From: Myxococcota bacterium
GTDB taxonomy: Bacteria > Myxococcota_A > UBA796 > SXON01
Reading direction: 5' to 3'
DNA: 64,000 nucleotides
NCBI GenBank assembly: GCA_040386535.1
Contig: JAZKFH010000076.1
Span: forward strand, 1-64,000
Shown here: in pieces, positions 9,283 through 19,415 of the stretch
Numbering within the stretch: the stretch's first letter is position 1
How the letters are laid out: the number at the start of each line of letters is the position of its first letter
The notes under the pieces: generated by a model
Seen by the model: only the letters and a program-made list of their open reading frames with translations
What the model was told of the DNA's origin: nothing
Databases searched by the model: none
Made by a program: the position numbers and the translations under genes

Positions 9283-10580
9283 GCGATCACGGCGTGGATC
9301 GGCTGCGCGCCGTCTACGATGACCTCGTCCGGATCGATGTCCGCCATCGCCAGCAGCGTGGCGCCGAGGTGGCTCGGCACGAGGCCGGTGCCCGCCTCGC
9401 TCGGCTCTCCCGTGTCCAGATCGATCGGCCGGCCCTGGAAGTCGGCGTTCATCTCGCCGATGACCTGCCCGCCGCGCACGCCGGCGCCGAGCAACATCGC
9501 GGAGGTGTACGTCCAATGGTCCTTGCCGCCGGTGGTGTTCAATTGGGGGTGGCGCCCCATCTCCGACATCACCACCACGGTCACCTCGTCGGCGAGCGCG
9601 CCGCCGGTGACGGAGGAGCGTGTCGCGAGGTCGTCCATGATGCGGTTCAGATAGCCGAACAACAATTCGTAGTGGGTGGCCTGCATGTCGTTGCCGGAGT
9701 GGGTGTCCCACCCGGTCGAGCACCATCCGTCGTCCTCGATGAGGGCGCACCGGGAGAGGCCGAGCGAGAAACAATCGAACGCGGCGGCGGCGTCGGCGGC
9801 CAGATCGCGGGCGCACCCCGCGTCCTCCGGTGCCAGGGAAACGCGCCCGGCGATGTCTCCCATCTGCCCCAACGTGTCGAGCGCGCGCACGTAGCCGTTG
9901 CCGACGCGGGTGCCGTGCCCGCGCCCGGCGCCCGCGGCCCACGCCGCCGTCCGCCCGCGCACCCGCGCATCGACCAGCGCGTCGAGATCGGCGGCCGTCG
10001 CGAGGGTGGGGACCCCCGACTGGGTCAGGGCGGTGCCGTCGAGCAGGTCGCGCAGCTGGCCGTTGCTGCCGACGCGCACCACGCGGTCGGTGTACTTCGC
10101 GGTGTAGGCGGGGCCGTACACCACGAGGTGCGGCAGGAGCGGATCCTGGGTGGAGCGGGCGGCGATCGTGGCCGCCCAGTCGTCGTGCCCGGCGGCCGAG
10201 CTCCCCGTCATCAGGATGCGTTGACACCGGTCGTGGGTGACCGAGCGCACCTCGATACCGTTGAGCACCGCAGCGCTCGGCCCCCACTGCTCGAAGAACG
10301 TGCGCACGGCCGGCCGGCTCGCGTGGTCCACGAACGTGACACCCCCCTCCTCCGCCACGTCCGCGTCCGGCTCACAATTGATGAGCGGGTTGTGCTGGCT
10401 CGGGGTGTACACGAACGTCGTGTCCCACCCACCCTTGGCGAGCACGAACAGGAATCGGCGCTCGGGCCCGCCCGCGGAGGCCACGCGGCTCGGCAGGAAC
10501 AAGCCGGCGCCGGCGAGGCCCAATGCGGAGAGCTGCAACAGGGAGCGGCGCGAGATCGGGCGTGGGGAGGGGTGTGTCAT
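9279..10580 (-). CDS. Tat-exported DUF1501-family protein
   Basis: SRRSLL twin-Arg signal, GGWD, GWDTH, SEMGR.P, GKDHW and G.GVRGG motifs. Confidence 0.85.
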   Translation of the reverse strand: MTHPSPRPISRRSLLQLSALGLAGAGLFLPSRVASAGGPERRFLFVLAKGGWDTTFVYTPSQHNPLINCEPDADVAEEGGVTFVDHASRPAVRTFFEQWGPSAAVLNGIEVRSVTHDRCQRILMTGSSAAGHDDWAATIAARSTQDPLLPHLVVYGPAYTAKYTDRVVRVGSNGQLRDLLDGTALTQSGVPTLATAADLDALVDARVRGRTAAWAAGAGRGHGTRVGNGYVRALDTLGQMGDIAGRVSLAPEDAGCARDLAADAAAAFDCFSLGLSRCALIEDDGWCSTGWDTHSGNDMQATHYELLFGYLNRIMDDLATRSSVTGGALADEVTVVVMSEMGRHPQLNTTGGKDHWTYTSAMLLGAGVRGGQVIGEMNADFQGRPIDLDTGEPSEAGTGLVPSHLGATLLAMADIDPDEVIVDGAQPIHAVIA

Positions 10581-12175
10581 CCGGTCACGAACTCCGGATC
10601 GCGCAGGAGGATGGTGAGCAGCGCAGTCCACCCGGTGGCGGGGTCACCCGCGGCCTCCCAGGTGGCGATGTCCGCGGCGCGCTCGGCCGCGGTGGGGCGG
10701 CGCGCGAAGAGGCGAAGATACAGGGTGTCGAGCTGCGCGGTGAAGGCGGGATCGGCCGGGACGGTGTCCAGCGTGATTCCGTCGAACAGGCGCCGCTCGC
10801 CGCCCTCGACCAACTCGCGTTGGACGGCGGTGGCCGCGCCGCCCTGGGCCAGCCGCTCCACCACCAACGCCCAGGTCAGGCTCGGGTCCTGTTGGGGGCG
10901 TGTCACCTGCTCGCCGTCTACGCCGCCCACGAGCACGCGGTAGCCGTAATCGTCGTTCGCGAGCTGGTCGCAGCCGTTGGATTGCCACGCAAATCCGGTG
11001 AGGTCCTCCACGGCGGTGGCGAGCGCGTCCGGGCCGAGCATGCGGACGGTGCGCTCGCGCGCCTCGACCGTGGCGTCGGCGCCGGCTCCCAATCCGCCGG
11101 CGCGGTACTGGGGCGTGTCCGTCACGGCGCGGAGCAGCGCCCGGGCGCGCCAGTCCCCGGCGGCGAAGTCCTCCTCCAGCGCGGCGACGGTGGCGTATTC
11201 GTCTACCGCGACCTCGCGGCGCCACAACAACTCGGCCATCGTCTCCACCGCGCAGGTGTAGAAGCGGGGATCCGCCGCGATGTGGGGGCCGAGCTCGGCG
11301 GGAGAGGCGAGGGGTGTACCGAAATAGCCCATCGGGACGCCGAGCAGCTCGGGCCCGAGCGACTCACGCTCGGGGTGGTAGTTCACCAGCTCCAGGCGGT
11401 TGTAGTCGATCGCCGGGTAGTAGCCGAACAACGTGGCGGCCAGCGGCTCGATGGACGCGTGACACGCAAGGCACGCATCATCCGTCGAGAGCGCGGTGGC
11501 GGTCGCGTCGGTGTCGACCAACGAGGGCGACGATCCAAACGATACGGGGCGCTCGAGGTAGTCGACACACAACAACAGGTCGGCCAGGGCCGCCGCGCGC
11601 GAGCGGTTCGCGTTGGATTGGGAGGTGTAATACCGCAGCCACAATCCGTTGGTGGAGAGCACCCCATTCGGCGGGCGGCCATCGGTGTAGTGGGACTCCT
11701 GCCATCCCGCCGCGCCGTCCGGATAGGCGATGGGCCAGAGCTCGCCGAGCAGCTCGTTCGCCATCGTGTACTCGGCGGTCACGATCTCCGACCACGGGCG
11801 GTCCTCCATCGTGACGTGCGCGACCAGGCGGAGCGGCTCCTCGCCGACCGCGCGCTCGAAGGCGCACTCCTGCTCGGCGGGGAGCTGGTAGTCGTAGAAG
11901 CGCACCTGGAACTCGTCGATCCGGGTGCGGTAGCGCTCGGCCCAGAAGGAGAGGAGGCGGCCCTCGAGGCGGGGGTCGTCCAGGAAGGCGTCGCGGTAGG
12001 CGTCGAGCGCGGCGGGATCGGCGGCGACGGCGGCGAGCTCGGCTTCGGAGGGGGTGACGCCGCGCAGGTCGAGGCTCAGGCGGCGCAGCAGGCGGGCGTC
12101 GTCGAGGGGGACGAGGATGTCCGCAGGGGGCGCCTCGTCGGGGGCGCCGGCGCAGGCGAGCAGAAAAAGGATCAC
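10577..12175 (-). CDS. Heme-c lipoprotein, DUF1549/DUF1585-1588-like partner of DUF1501
   Basis: LLRRLSLDLRG..P motif, CLACH heme motif and LLAC lipobox. Confidence 0.75.
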   Translation of the reverse strand: MILFLLACAGAPDEAPPADILVPLDDARLLRRLSLDLRGVTPSEAELAAVAADPAALDAYRDAFLDDPRLEGRLLSFWAERYRTRIDEFQVRFYDYQLPAEQECAFERAVGEEPLRLVAHVTMEDRPWSEIVTAEYTMANELLGELWPIAYPDGAAGWQESHYTDGRPPNGVLSTNGLWLRYYTSQSNANRSRAAALADLLLCVDYLERPVSFGSSPSLVDTDATATALSTDDACLACHASIEPLAATLFGYYPAIDYNRLELVNYHPERESLGPELLGVPMGYFGTPLASPAELGPHIAADPRFYTCAVETMAELLWRREVAVDEYATVAALEEDFAAGDWRARALLRAVTDTPQYRAGGLGAGADATVEARERTVRMLGPDALATAVEDLTGFAWQSNGCDQLANDDYGYRVLVGGVDGEQVTRPQQDPSLTWALVVERLAQGGAATAVQRELVEGGERRLFDGITLDTVPADPAFTAQLDTLYLRLFARRPTAAERAADIATWEAAGDPATGWTALLTILLRDPEFVTG

Positions 12176-13014
12176 GGTGTCGACGCTTCGACGAGGCGGT
12201 CGACCAGGCCGTCGAGCGCGAGGCAGGCGTCGGTCTCGACCGGCGCGCCGTCGAACGTGACGACCGCGCCGCACGGCGTACACGAGGGGCCGAAATCGAC
12301 CGACCAGGTGCCGCCGCCCGGATCCCGTACGTCCACCGCGCCGATGGGGACGCCGTCGCAGCCGTCGGCGCCGAGCTCCACGGCGTGGAAGAACAGGGTG
12401 GTCTCGCGCAGGGTGAGCGCGCCGTCGAGGTTTGCGCGGCGGCCGTCCGTCCCGGCGGTGCCGGCGTAGTCGAGCCACGCGCTGATGCCGGTGGCGAGCC
12501 AGTCGGCGTCGCTCCCGGGCTCGTGCCAGGAGCCGTTCAGCACGGTGTCCCAGGCGGCCGGGGCCTCGCGCAGCCGGGTGATCCAGTGCCCGCCCACGTC
12601 GATGCGCGCGCCGTCCGGCGCGAGGATCATCAGATCCCCCATCATGTTGAGCTCGACGTAGGGGCCCGCGTCGTCCCCCGCGGCGGTCTCGCTGTAGCCG
12701 CCGACGCCGAGGAAGTACCAGCCTGCGCGCGAGGTGCAGCCCTCGAAGCTCGGCCCCGCCATGAACGTGCCCGGGCCGGGACAACCGCCGTCGCCGTGGC
12801 GGAACCAGTCGTTGAGCGAGCCGCGCACCAGCAGCGGCGAGGGGAATTCCCCGGCGAGCGCGGCCTCGATGGCGGCGACGGCCTCGTCCGGCGCCCACGT
12901 GGCCGCGACCGTGGCGGGGGCGAGCGGGGGGATGCCGAGATCCTCGGGGGCCTCGACAAACAACACCACGGCGGGGGCCGGCGGCGTGCACGCTGTGAGG
13001 ACGAGGAGGAGCAT
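12172..13014 (-). CDS. Cys-rich hypothetical lipoprotein
   Basis: LTAC lipobox. Its stop overlaps the next start. Confidence 0.7.
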   Translation of the reverse strand: MLLLVLTACTPPAPAVVLFVEAPEDLGIPPLAPATVAATWAPDEAVAAIEAALAGEFPSPLLVRGSLNDWFRHGDGGCPGPGTFMAGPSFEGCTSRAGWYFLGVGGYSETAAGDDAGPYVELNMMGDLMILAPDGARIDVGGHWITRLREAPAAWDTVLNGSWHEPGSDADWLATGISAWLDYAGTAGTDGRRANLDGALTLRETTLFFHAVELGADGCDGVPIGAVDVRDPGGGTWSVDFGPSCTPCGAVVTFDGAPVETDACLALDGLVDRLVEASTP

Positions 13015-13061
13015 GGGTGTGGAGATACCCTGAGGCGCGCCGATCGAAAAACGGCGGGTCG

Positions 13062-14345
13062 TCAGAGCCCGGCCGCGTCGAGCTCCGCGCCCCGACGATC
13101 GAACCACGCGAACACCTCGTCCTGGCACGCGCGGACGGCGAACATCGCGTCCTCCATCCGCGGATCATCCGCGAGGTACGGGCGCAGCAGCGTGGTGGCG
13201 GCGAGCAGCTCGCTCTCGAGCGCCGACCCGGGCAGGGTGGCGTCGAGGGTGTCGAGCGCCGCGTGGATGCCGGCGTTGCAGGCGGGATCGCTGAAACACC
13301 TGCCGGAGACGGCTCCGTAGAAGGTGGTCACGGGCGTCGAGCCGAACGCCCAGTCCGGGTCCCACGGCAGGAACACGGCCTTTCCGCCGCGGGTGGGATC
13401 GAAATAGACACGGTAGTTATTGCTGTAATACGAGTAGCTGTCGTAGTGGCCGGTCCACGCCGCCGCCGCGACGAACGCCGCGTGTTGATCGCGGTCGACC
13501 ACCGTGTCGAGCGTGTCGGCGAAGGTGCCGCCCGCGCGCAGCGTGTCGGTGACGGCGTACACGTCCGCCAACGCGACGTCCGCTCCCTCGTCGAGCGCGA
13601 AGTACGGCTGCCCCGCGTCGGTGAAGTCGACCAGGGTGTAGCTGCCGTCCGGCCAGAGGTGGTAGTCGCCGTCGTACAGGTTGCCGGTGGGATCGGCGAA
13701 GTTCTTCTGGAGGAACTCGTCGTCGTAGTCCTCCACGAGGCTGTAGACGCCGAAGTCCTGACCATCCACGGTCACGCGCGCGTAGGCGACGCGGGGCGCC
13801 GGGATGTCGAGCATCCGGTTGATCCCGTAGGCGGCGTACTCCTTGATCTTGGCGCAGTCCTGCACCATGTTGTTCAGGTTGATCTTCTCCAATCCCTCGA
13901 GCTTCGCGCCCTCGCCGTACTCGAGGAAGTCGACCTTGAAGCCGGCCTTCTGGTCGAGCGAGCGGTAGGAGCCGAGGCGGCCCTTGATGCGGACGCCCAC
14001 GTTGGCGAAGGTCACGCCGTCGAACAGCACGTCGGCGGGGACGTAGGTGTACGGATCGGCGGCCAGGGAGCGGCTACCGCCCGGGGCGAGCGTGATCGCG
14101 ACCGTGTGGAGCGCGTCGAGGTTGAACACGCGGGTGTCGTCGGGCTCCTCCGCGGTGTCGGTGGCGCCCGTGTCGTCGGGGATGTGCTCGATGCCGGTGT
14201 CGACAAGATCAGTGTCGACAGGATCGGTGTCGACGGCATCGGTGTCGTCGGTGTCGGCCGGATCGGTGTCCCCGCGGCGAGGCCGGGGGTCGGCGCCGAT
14301 CTCGATCTCGGTGGGAGCGCAGCCCAGGGCGAGGAGGAGCAACAT
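13062..14345 (-). CDS. CotH kinase-family lipoprotein
   Basis: VGVRIKG, K.GFKVDF, LNNMVQD, PAPR, G.Y.LVE, NNY and LPWD.D motifs, with a DTD-rich linker. Confidence 0.88.
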   Translation of the reverse strand: MLLLLALGCAPTEIEIGADPRPRRGDTDPADTDDTDAVDTDPVDTDLVDTGIEHIPDDTGATDTAEEPDDTRVFNLDALHTVAITLAPGGSRSLAADPYTYVPADVLFDGVTFANVGVRIKGRLGSYRSLDQKAGFKVDFLEYGEGAKLEGLEKINLNNMVQDCAKIKEYAAYGINRMLDIPAPRVAYARVTVDGQDFGVYSLVEDYDDEFLQKNFADPTGNLYDGDYHLWPDGSYTLVDFTDAGQPYFALDEGADVALADVYAVTDTLRAGGTFADTLDTVVDRDQHAAFVAAAAWTGHYDSYSYYSNNYRVYFDPTRGGKAVFLPWDPDWAFGSTPVTTFYGAVSGRCFSDPACNAGIHAALDTLDATLPGSALESELLAATTLLRPYLADDPRMEDAMFAVRACQDEVFAWFDRRGAELDAAGL

Positions 14346-14406
14346 CGTCCCAGGATAGCCCGGACCGGAAGGGTCGAACCTCGCGATGCGCGATACACCG
14401 GCCGCC

Positions 14407-14919
14407 ATGGCTACGACCTTCCAGTTGCGTGTGTGGACCCGCTTCCTCGCCCCCGTCGAGGAGGTGTGGGCGCTCAAGACCGATCCCGCGGCGATCCAGG
14501 CGGAATTCCGCCCGTGGATGTCGTTCTGCCTCCCCGAGGGGGACGGGCTCGCGCGCGCCCTCGCGGGTGACGTGCCGGTCGATCTGGCGTGCTCCTTGCG
14601 GCTCGGTCGTGTCCTCCCGGTGGCGTGGCCCGCGCGCGTCGTGTCGGCGGTGAAGCACCAGTCGTACCGCGACACGTCCACGAACGCGTTGTACAGCCGC
14701 TTTGAGCACGACCACCTGTTCGAGACCACGCCGGACGGCTGCCGCTACATCGACGCGGTCACGTTCACCAGCACCGCGCCCGCGCAGAAGATGTTCGCGA
14801 TCGCGACCCAGCGCCTGTTCCAGCACCGCCACACCGTCGCGGCGAAGCGGCTGCCGACCGATCCGCAGGCCACGGCGGTCGCGGTGTTGCGCGTGTTGGT
14901 CGAGGAAGAGGCCGCGTAG
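14407..14919 (+). CDS. SRPBCC-like protein
   Basis: APVEEVW...FEHDH.FE....GCRYID...LFQHRH pattern. Confidence 0.65.
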   Translation: MATTFQLRVWTRFLAPVEEVWALKTDPAAIQAEFRPWMSFCLPEGDGLARALAGDVPVDLACSLRLGRVLPVAWPARVVSAVKHQSYRDTSTNALYSRFEHDHLFETTPDGCRYIDAVTFTSTAPAQKMFAIATQRLFQHRHTVAAKRLPTDPQATAVAVLRVLVEEEAA

Positions 14920-14967
14920 CGGCGGGCTTCGACAGCGACCGCCCCTCCCATCGGATAGACGCGGCCG

Positions 14968-17319
14968 ATGCGCGTCCCGGTCTCCGTCCTCCAGAAGCTC
15001 GTCCCCCTCCCGGCCGACCTCGACTCCCTCGTCCGCACGATGAACGCGCGGGTGAGCGAGGTCGAGCACGTGATCCACTTTCCGGCGCGCGCGGCGTTCG
15101 CCGGCGTGTCGATCGTCGAGGCCGTCCGCCCGGTGCAGAGCCAGGGCGAGCACACCCGCTGGGAGATGCGCGGGGCCGGCGGCGTGCATCACATCGTCGT
15201 GGGGGATCGGTTCGGCATCCTCGCGGGCGGTCGCTACGCGGCGGTGCTCGCGGGCGGCGCGCTGCCCGACGGGACGGCGATCGACAGCAAGCCGGTCACC
15301 GGCATGGAGAGCGACGGCGCGCTGGTGAGCGAGGCCATGCTCGGCATCGGCAAGGACGCGGCGCGGCCGCTTGCGTTCGCCCCCGACACGGCGCTCGGCG
15401 CGGACCCGTGGGAGGCCCTCGAGCTCGACGACGTCGTGCTCGAATTCGATCTGGAGCCCAACCGCCCCGATCTGTACTCGCTCCTCGGCATGGCGCGGGA
15501 CGCCGGCGCCATCTGGAGCCACAAGGTCACGCTGCCCGCCACCCTCGACCTCGCCGCGTTGCCGCGCGCCGCCTCGCCCCGCATCGACCTGCGCACGCCG
15601 CGGGCCCGCGGATACCTCGCGCTCGCGATGACCGGCGTGAAGGTGGGCCCCTCGCCGCAGTGGCTGCAGAACGTCGTGCGCAAGCTCGGCATGCGCCCGA
15701 TCAACAACGTGGTCGACGCGGCGAACCTCGCCATGTTCGAGCTCGGCCAGCCGCTCCACACCTTCGACGCGGCGCGCCTCCAGAGCGGCGCCATCGTGCT
15801 CCGCATGGCCCGCGCGGACGAGCGCATCACGACGCTCGACGGCGTGGAGCGCACCCTGACCGACGAGTGCCTGCTGGTGTGTGACGGGGACCACCCCGTC
15901 GCGATCGCGGGCGTGATGGGGGACGCGACGAGCGAGGTGGACGCGGGCACGACCGACGTGCTCATCGAGTCCGCCGCCTTCGACATGGCCGCCGTACGCC
16001 GCGCGTCGCGCCGCCTCTCGCTCCGCACCGAGGCGTCCCTGCGCTTCGAGAAGGGGCTGCCCTACTGGGGCGTCCACCGCGGCGCCGCGCGGCTCGCGCA
16101 GCTCCTGGTCGACGTGGCGGGCGCCACCCCCGTGTCCCTCACCGAGGCCGGGCACCCCCCGCCCGCCGCCGAGGGCATCCGCGTCGACCGGGCGCGCATC
16201 CGCTCGCGCCTCGGCATGGACGTGACCGACACCCAGATCGACCGCATCCTGGTGGCCGCCGGCGCCACGCTCGAAGGCGGGATCGCGATCCCGCCGGAGT
16301 TCCGCCCCGACCTGCGCATCTTCGAGGACCTCGTCGAGGAGGTCGGCCGCGTGTTCGGCTACGAGCACGTGCGCGCCGAGGCCCCCCGCGTCGAGCTCCA
16401 GAACCCGCGCGCCAACCCCGCCATCGTGACCGCGCGCCGCGCCCGCCGCGTCCTCACCTCGGCCGGGTGGGACGAGGTGTACCTGCCGGTGTGGATCGGC
16501 GACGCCGAGGTCGAGCGCTTCGGGTACGATCCGGAGGGGCTGGTCAAGCTCATCAACCCGCTCGCCGAGAACCTCGTCTACTTCCGCCCGAGCGCCCTGC
16601 CCGCCCTGGTCGAGGCCGCGGTGCAGAACCGGAAGGACCTCGCGCGGTTCGGCGTCTTCGAGGTCGGCAAGACCTGGCGGCGCGGCGCGGCCGACGGAGA
16701 GGCGGGCGGCGCCATCGTCGAGCGCGCGCACCTCGCCGGCATCGCCATGGGCGAGCCGCTCCTGGCCGTGCGGGACGCGCTCGTCGCGTTCGGCGCCGCC
16801 TCCGGCGCCCCCGTCGAGCTCGGCCGGCCGCCCGCCCTCGCGGACGGAGAGCGCCTCGCCAACCTCCACCCCGGCCGGAGCTTCACCCTCGGGGACACGA
16901 ACGGCGTGTGGGCGGTGGGCGGCGAGCTGCACCCACGGCTCGTGCGCGCGTTCGGCCTGCGCGAGGCGCCCGTGGCCTTCGCCGTCGATCTGCAGGCCCT
17001 CTTCGGGCTCGCGCCCGCGCTGGTCCGCTTCGTGCCGCCCCCGCGCTTCCCGTCGGTCGAGTTCGACCTGAACGTGACCGTGCCCGAGAAGACCGAGGTG
17101 GCCGCCGTGCTCGCCGCGGTGCCGTCCTCGGACGATCTGCTCTCCAGCGGCGTGGTCGACATCTACAAGCTCCCCGCCGGCAGCGCGGAGAGCGGCGCGC
17201 GCCTCACGCTTCGCTTCGTGTTCAACGCCGGAGATCGCTCCCTCACGCAGGAGGAGGGCGCCGCGCGGATGGACGCGGTGCGTGGCGCGTTGGCGGCGCG
17301 GGGCTGGAAGGTCGGGTAG
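14968..17319 (+). CDS. pheT: Phenylalanine--tRNA ligase beta subunit
   Basis: PNRPD, GMRPINNVVD, GQPLHTFD, IAGVMG, SLRFEKG, RPDL..EDLVEEVGR..GY and a C-terminal FDX-ACB domain. Confidence 0.95.
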   Translation: MRVPVSVLQKLVPLPADLDSLVRTMNARVSEVEHVIHFPARAAFAGVSIVEAVRPVQSQGEHTRWEMRGAGGVHHIVVGDRFGILAGGRYAAVLAGGALPDGTAIDSKPVTGMESDGALVSEAMLGIGKDAARPLAFAPDTALGADPWEALELDDVVLEFDLEPNRPDLYSLLGMARDAGAIWSHKVTLPATLDLAALPRAASPRIDLRTPRARGYLALAMTGVKVGPSPQWLQNVVRKLGMRPINNVVDAANLAMFELGQPLHTFDAARLQSGAIVLRMARADERITTLDGVERTLTDECLLVCDGDHPVAIAGVMGDATSEVDAGTTDVLIESAAFDMAAVRRASRRLSLRTEASLRFEKGLPYWGVHRGAARLAQLLVDVAGATPVSLTEAGHPPPAAEGIRVDRARIRSRLGMDVTDTQIDRILVAAGATLEGGIAIPPEFRPDLRIFEDLVEEVGRVFGYEHVRAEAPRVELQNPRANPAIVTARRARRVLTSAGWDEVYLPVWIGDAEVERFGYDPEGLVKLINPLAENLVYFRPSALPALVEAAVQNRKDLARFGVFEVGKTWRRGAADGEAGGAIVERAHLAGIAMGEPLLAVRDALVAFGAASGAPVELGRPPALADGERLANLHPGRSFTLGDTNGVWAVGGELHPRLVRAFGLREAPVAFAVDLQALFGLAPALVRFVPPPRFPSVEFDLNVTVPEKTEVAAVLAAVPSSDDLLSSGVVDIYKLPAGSAESGARLTLRFVFNAGDRSLTQEEGAARMDAVRGALAARGWKVG

Positions 17320-17381
17320 CGCGACCGGGGGCCGACGGGGCAGCCTCGGCGTGACGGGTCGTGACACGTTAGCCCGCCGTC

Positions 17382-17771
17382 ATGGCACCTGACCCCTACG
17401 GCTTCGAAGACTCCGCGCCCACCGGGGGTTCCTCCGGTGACGACGCATCGCGCGCGATGTGGTTCTCGTTGAGCTCCGCGCTCCTCGCGGCGGTGGGCAT
17501 CTGCGGCTGCTACGTGCCGTACTTCGCGGCGTTGCCGCTCGGGATCTACGGCGCGTACCTCGGGCAGCGCGCGCTCTCCACGACAACGTTGACCGACACC
17601 AACGGGCGCTCGATGGCCACCGCCGGGCTCGTGGCGGGGATCGTCTCCTCGTTGGTGAGCGGCATGTTCACCCTGTTCGCCATCTTCTACGCGTTGTTCC
17701 TCGTCCTCTACATGGGCGTCATCTTCGCCGCGATCGCCGCGGCGGGCGCGAGCGGCGGCGGGGAGTTCTGA
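17382..17771 (+). CDS. DUF4190-like small membrane protein
   Basis: Two TM segments and GRSMATAGLVAG. Confidence 0.65.
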   Translation: MAPDPYGFEDSAPTGGSSGDDASRAMWFSLSSALLAAVGICGCYVPYFAALPLGIYGAYLGQRALSTTTLTDTNGRSMATAGLVAGIVSSLVSGMFTLFAIFYALFLVLYMGVIFAAIAAAGASGGGEF

Positions 17772-17806
17772 TTCGCGGCCGCTGGGCGTGTCGGGTAGGC
17801 TGCGCC

Positions 17807-19129
17807 GTGCTCCTCGTGCTCCTCTCCGCGTGCACCCCCGCGCCCACCGGCAAGGTCGTGGTGCTCGGGCTCGACGGGCTCGAGTACACCATGCTCGACC
17901 GCCTGATCGCGGGCGGCGAGCTGCCGAACTTCGCCCGCCTCACCAAACAGGGCGTGCGCGGCGAGATGGAGGTGACCACCCCCATCATGTCGCCTATCTT
18001 GTGGACCACGATCGCGTCGGGCTACCCGGCCGACGTGCACGGCATCGGCGGGTGGACCACCGGGCGCGGGCACTCGTTCTCGGGCGCGGACGTGTTGGTG
18101 AGCCGCGTGTGGGACGTGGCGAGCGGCGCGGGCGCTGCGGTCGTCGTGAGCGGGTGGTTGATGACCTGGCCCGCGTCCCCCGTGAACGGTTCGATGCTCT
18201 CCGAACGTTTCGTCTGGTCCTACCCGATGAACAAGGATCCCGCTGAGAAGAGCGTCGGCATCGCGAGTGACCGCGCAGCCACCACCTTCCCGGACGCGTT
18301 GGCCGCGCGCGCCGAGGCCCTCCGCCCCGATGACGCCTGGGTCACCGCGAGCCCGCTCGCCTACCAGGTCGCGGAGTACGGCGCCCCGTTCCACCCGCTC
18401 CTGCGCGACGAGACCCACGTGCGCGTGTTCGAGTCGCTCTGGCCCGAGGCCGGCGCCCGCTTCGGCGCGGTCTACCTCAACGGCGCCGATCAGGTCAGCC
18501 ACCTGTACTGGTCGTACGCCGATCCCGGCGTGCAGGACACGATCCGCGCCGACCCCGCGGCCCACACCGCCGCCGCCCAGGCCGCGAGCAAGCCCGGCCG
18601 CCGCCCGGTGCCCTACGCCGACGGCATCGATCTCGACGACCTCGCCCAGGCGGGCCGCTACGTGCCCGACTACTACCGCTACCTCGACACGGTCGTGGGG
18701 CGCGTGTGGTCGTTGATCGACGCCGACACCACGCTGGTGGTGCTCTCCGACCACGGCTTCCGCGTCTCGACCGCGCAGCCGCTCATCAACGGCTCCCACA
18801 ACGACGTCGCCGTGTTCCTGGCGGCGGGCCGCGCGGTGAAGCCCGGGCGCGTGAAGCTCCACGTGTTCGACGTGGCGCCCACCCTCTACGCGCTGCTCGG
18901 GCTCCCTTCGGCCGCGGACATGCCCGGCAAGGTGCTCACCGAGGCCTTCGACGTCGTCGCGGTGCCGCCGGTGCCCTCACGCCGCCTCGAGCGCGTCGCC
19001 ATCGAGGCCGGCGCGGCGGACGGGGGCCTGGCCGACGACCAGCTCCGCGATCAGCTCGAGGCGCTCGGCTACATCGACGAGGAGGGCCTGCCGGACGCGA
19101 GCATCGGGGGGAGCCGGCGGCAGCGGTGA
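17807..19129 (+). CDS. Alkaline phosphatase superfamily (NPP/phosphodiesterase) lipoprotein
   Basis: VLGLDG, SPILWTTIASG, SDHGF and C-terminal LEALGY. Confidence 0.85.
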   Translation: MLLVLLSACTPAPTGKVVVLGLDGLEYTMLDRLIAGGELPNFARLTKQGVRGEMEVTTPIMSPILWTTIASGYPADVHGIGGWTTGRGHSFSGADVLVSRVWDVASGAGAAVVVSGWLMTWPASPVNGSMLSERFVWSYPMNKDPAEKSVGIASDRAATTFPDALAARAEALRPDDAWVTASPLAYQVAEYGAPFHPLLRDETHVRVFESLWPEAGARFGAVYLNGADQVSHLYWSYADPGVQDTIRADPAAHTAAAQAASKPGRRPVPYADGIDLDDLAQAGRYVPDYYRYLDTVVGRVWSLIDADTTLVVLSDHGFRVSTAQPLINGSHNDVAVFLAAGRAVKPGRVKLHVFDVAPTLYALLGLPSAADMPGKVLTEAFDVVAVPPVPSRRLERVAIEAGAADGGLADDQLRDQLEALGYIDEEGLPDASIGGSRRQR

Positions 19130-19138
19130 CGGGGGGGG

Positions 19139-19175
19139 TTGCCGTCAAAAGAACAGCGATGTATTTTTGACGGCA
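19139..19175 (+). promoter_or_regulatory. Toxin-antitoxin promoter and operator
   Basis: TTGCCG-17bp-TATTTT, overlapped by the 11-bp inverted repeat TGCCGTCAAAA...TTTTGACGGCA. Confidence 0.65.
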
Positions 19176-19414
19176 TGACGCGCACACAGGTCCAGCTCCC
19201 AGATCAGCTCTACCGGGACCTTCGGGCACTGGCCGAAGAGCGGGAGTGGTCGCTCGCTGAGGCCATCCGCCGCGGGGCCGAGCTGCTCTTGCGGAGCTAC
19301 CCCCCCGTGCGCGAGCCCGCTGAGGGATGGTCGCTCCCCGAGCCGCTCCACCTCGGCGACTTCCTCGCTGCGCCGGACGAGTGGCGCGAGCTGGCGAACG
19401 CGCGAGGGGACTGA
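19175..19414 (+). CDS. RHH/CopG antitoxin (VapB-like)
   Basis: MTRTQVQLPD...SLAEAIRR, directly upstream of a PIN gene. Confidence 0.85.
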   Translation: MTRTQVQLPDQLYRDLRALAEEREWSLAEAIRRGAELLLRSYPPVREPAEGWSLPEPLHLGDFLAAPDEWRELANARGD

Positions 19415-19415
19415 A

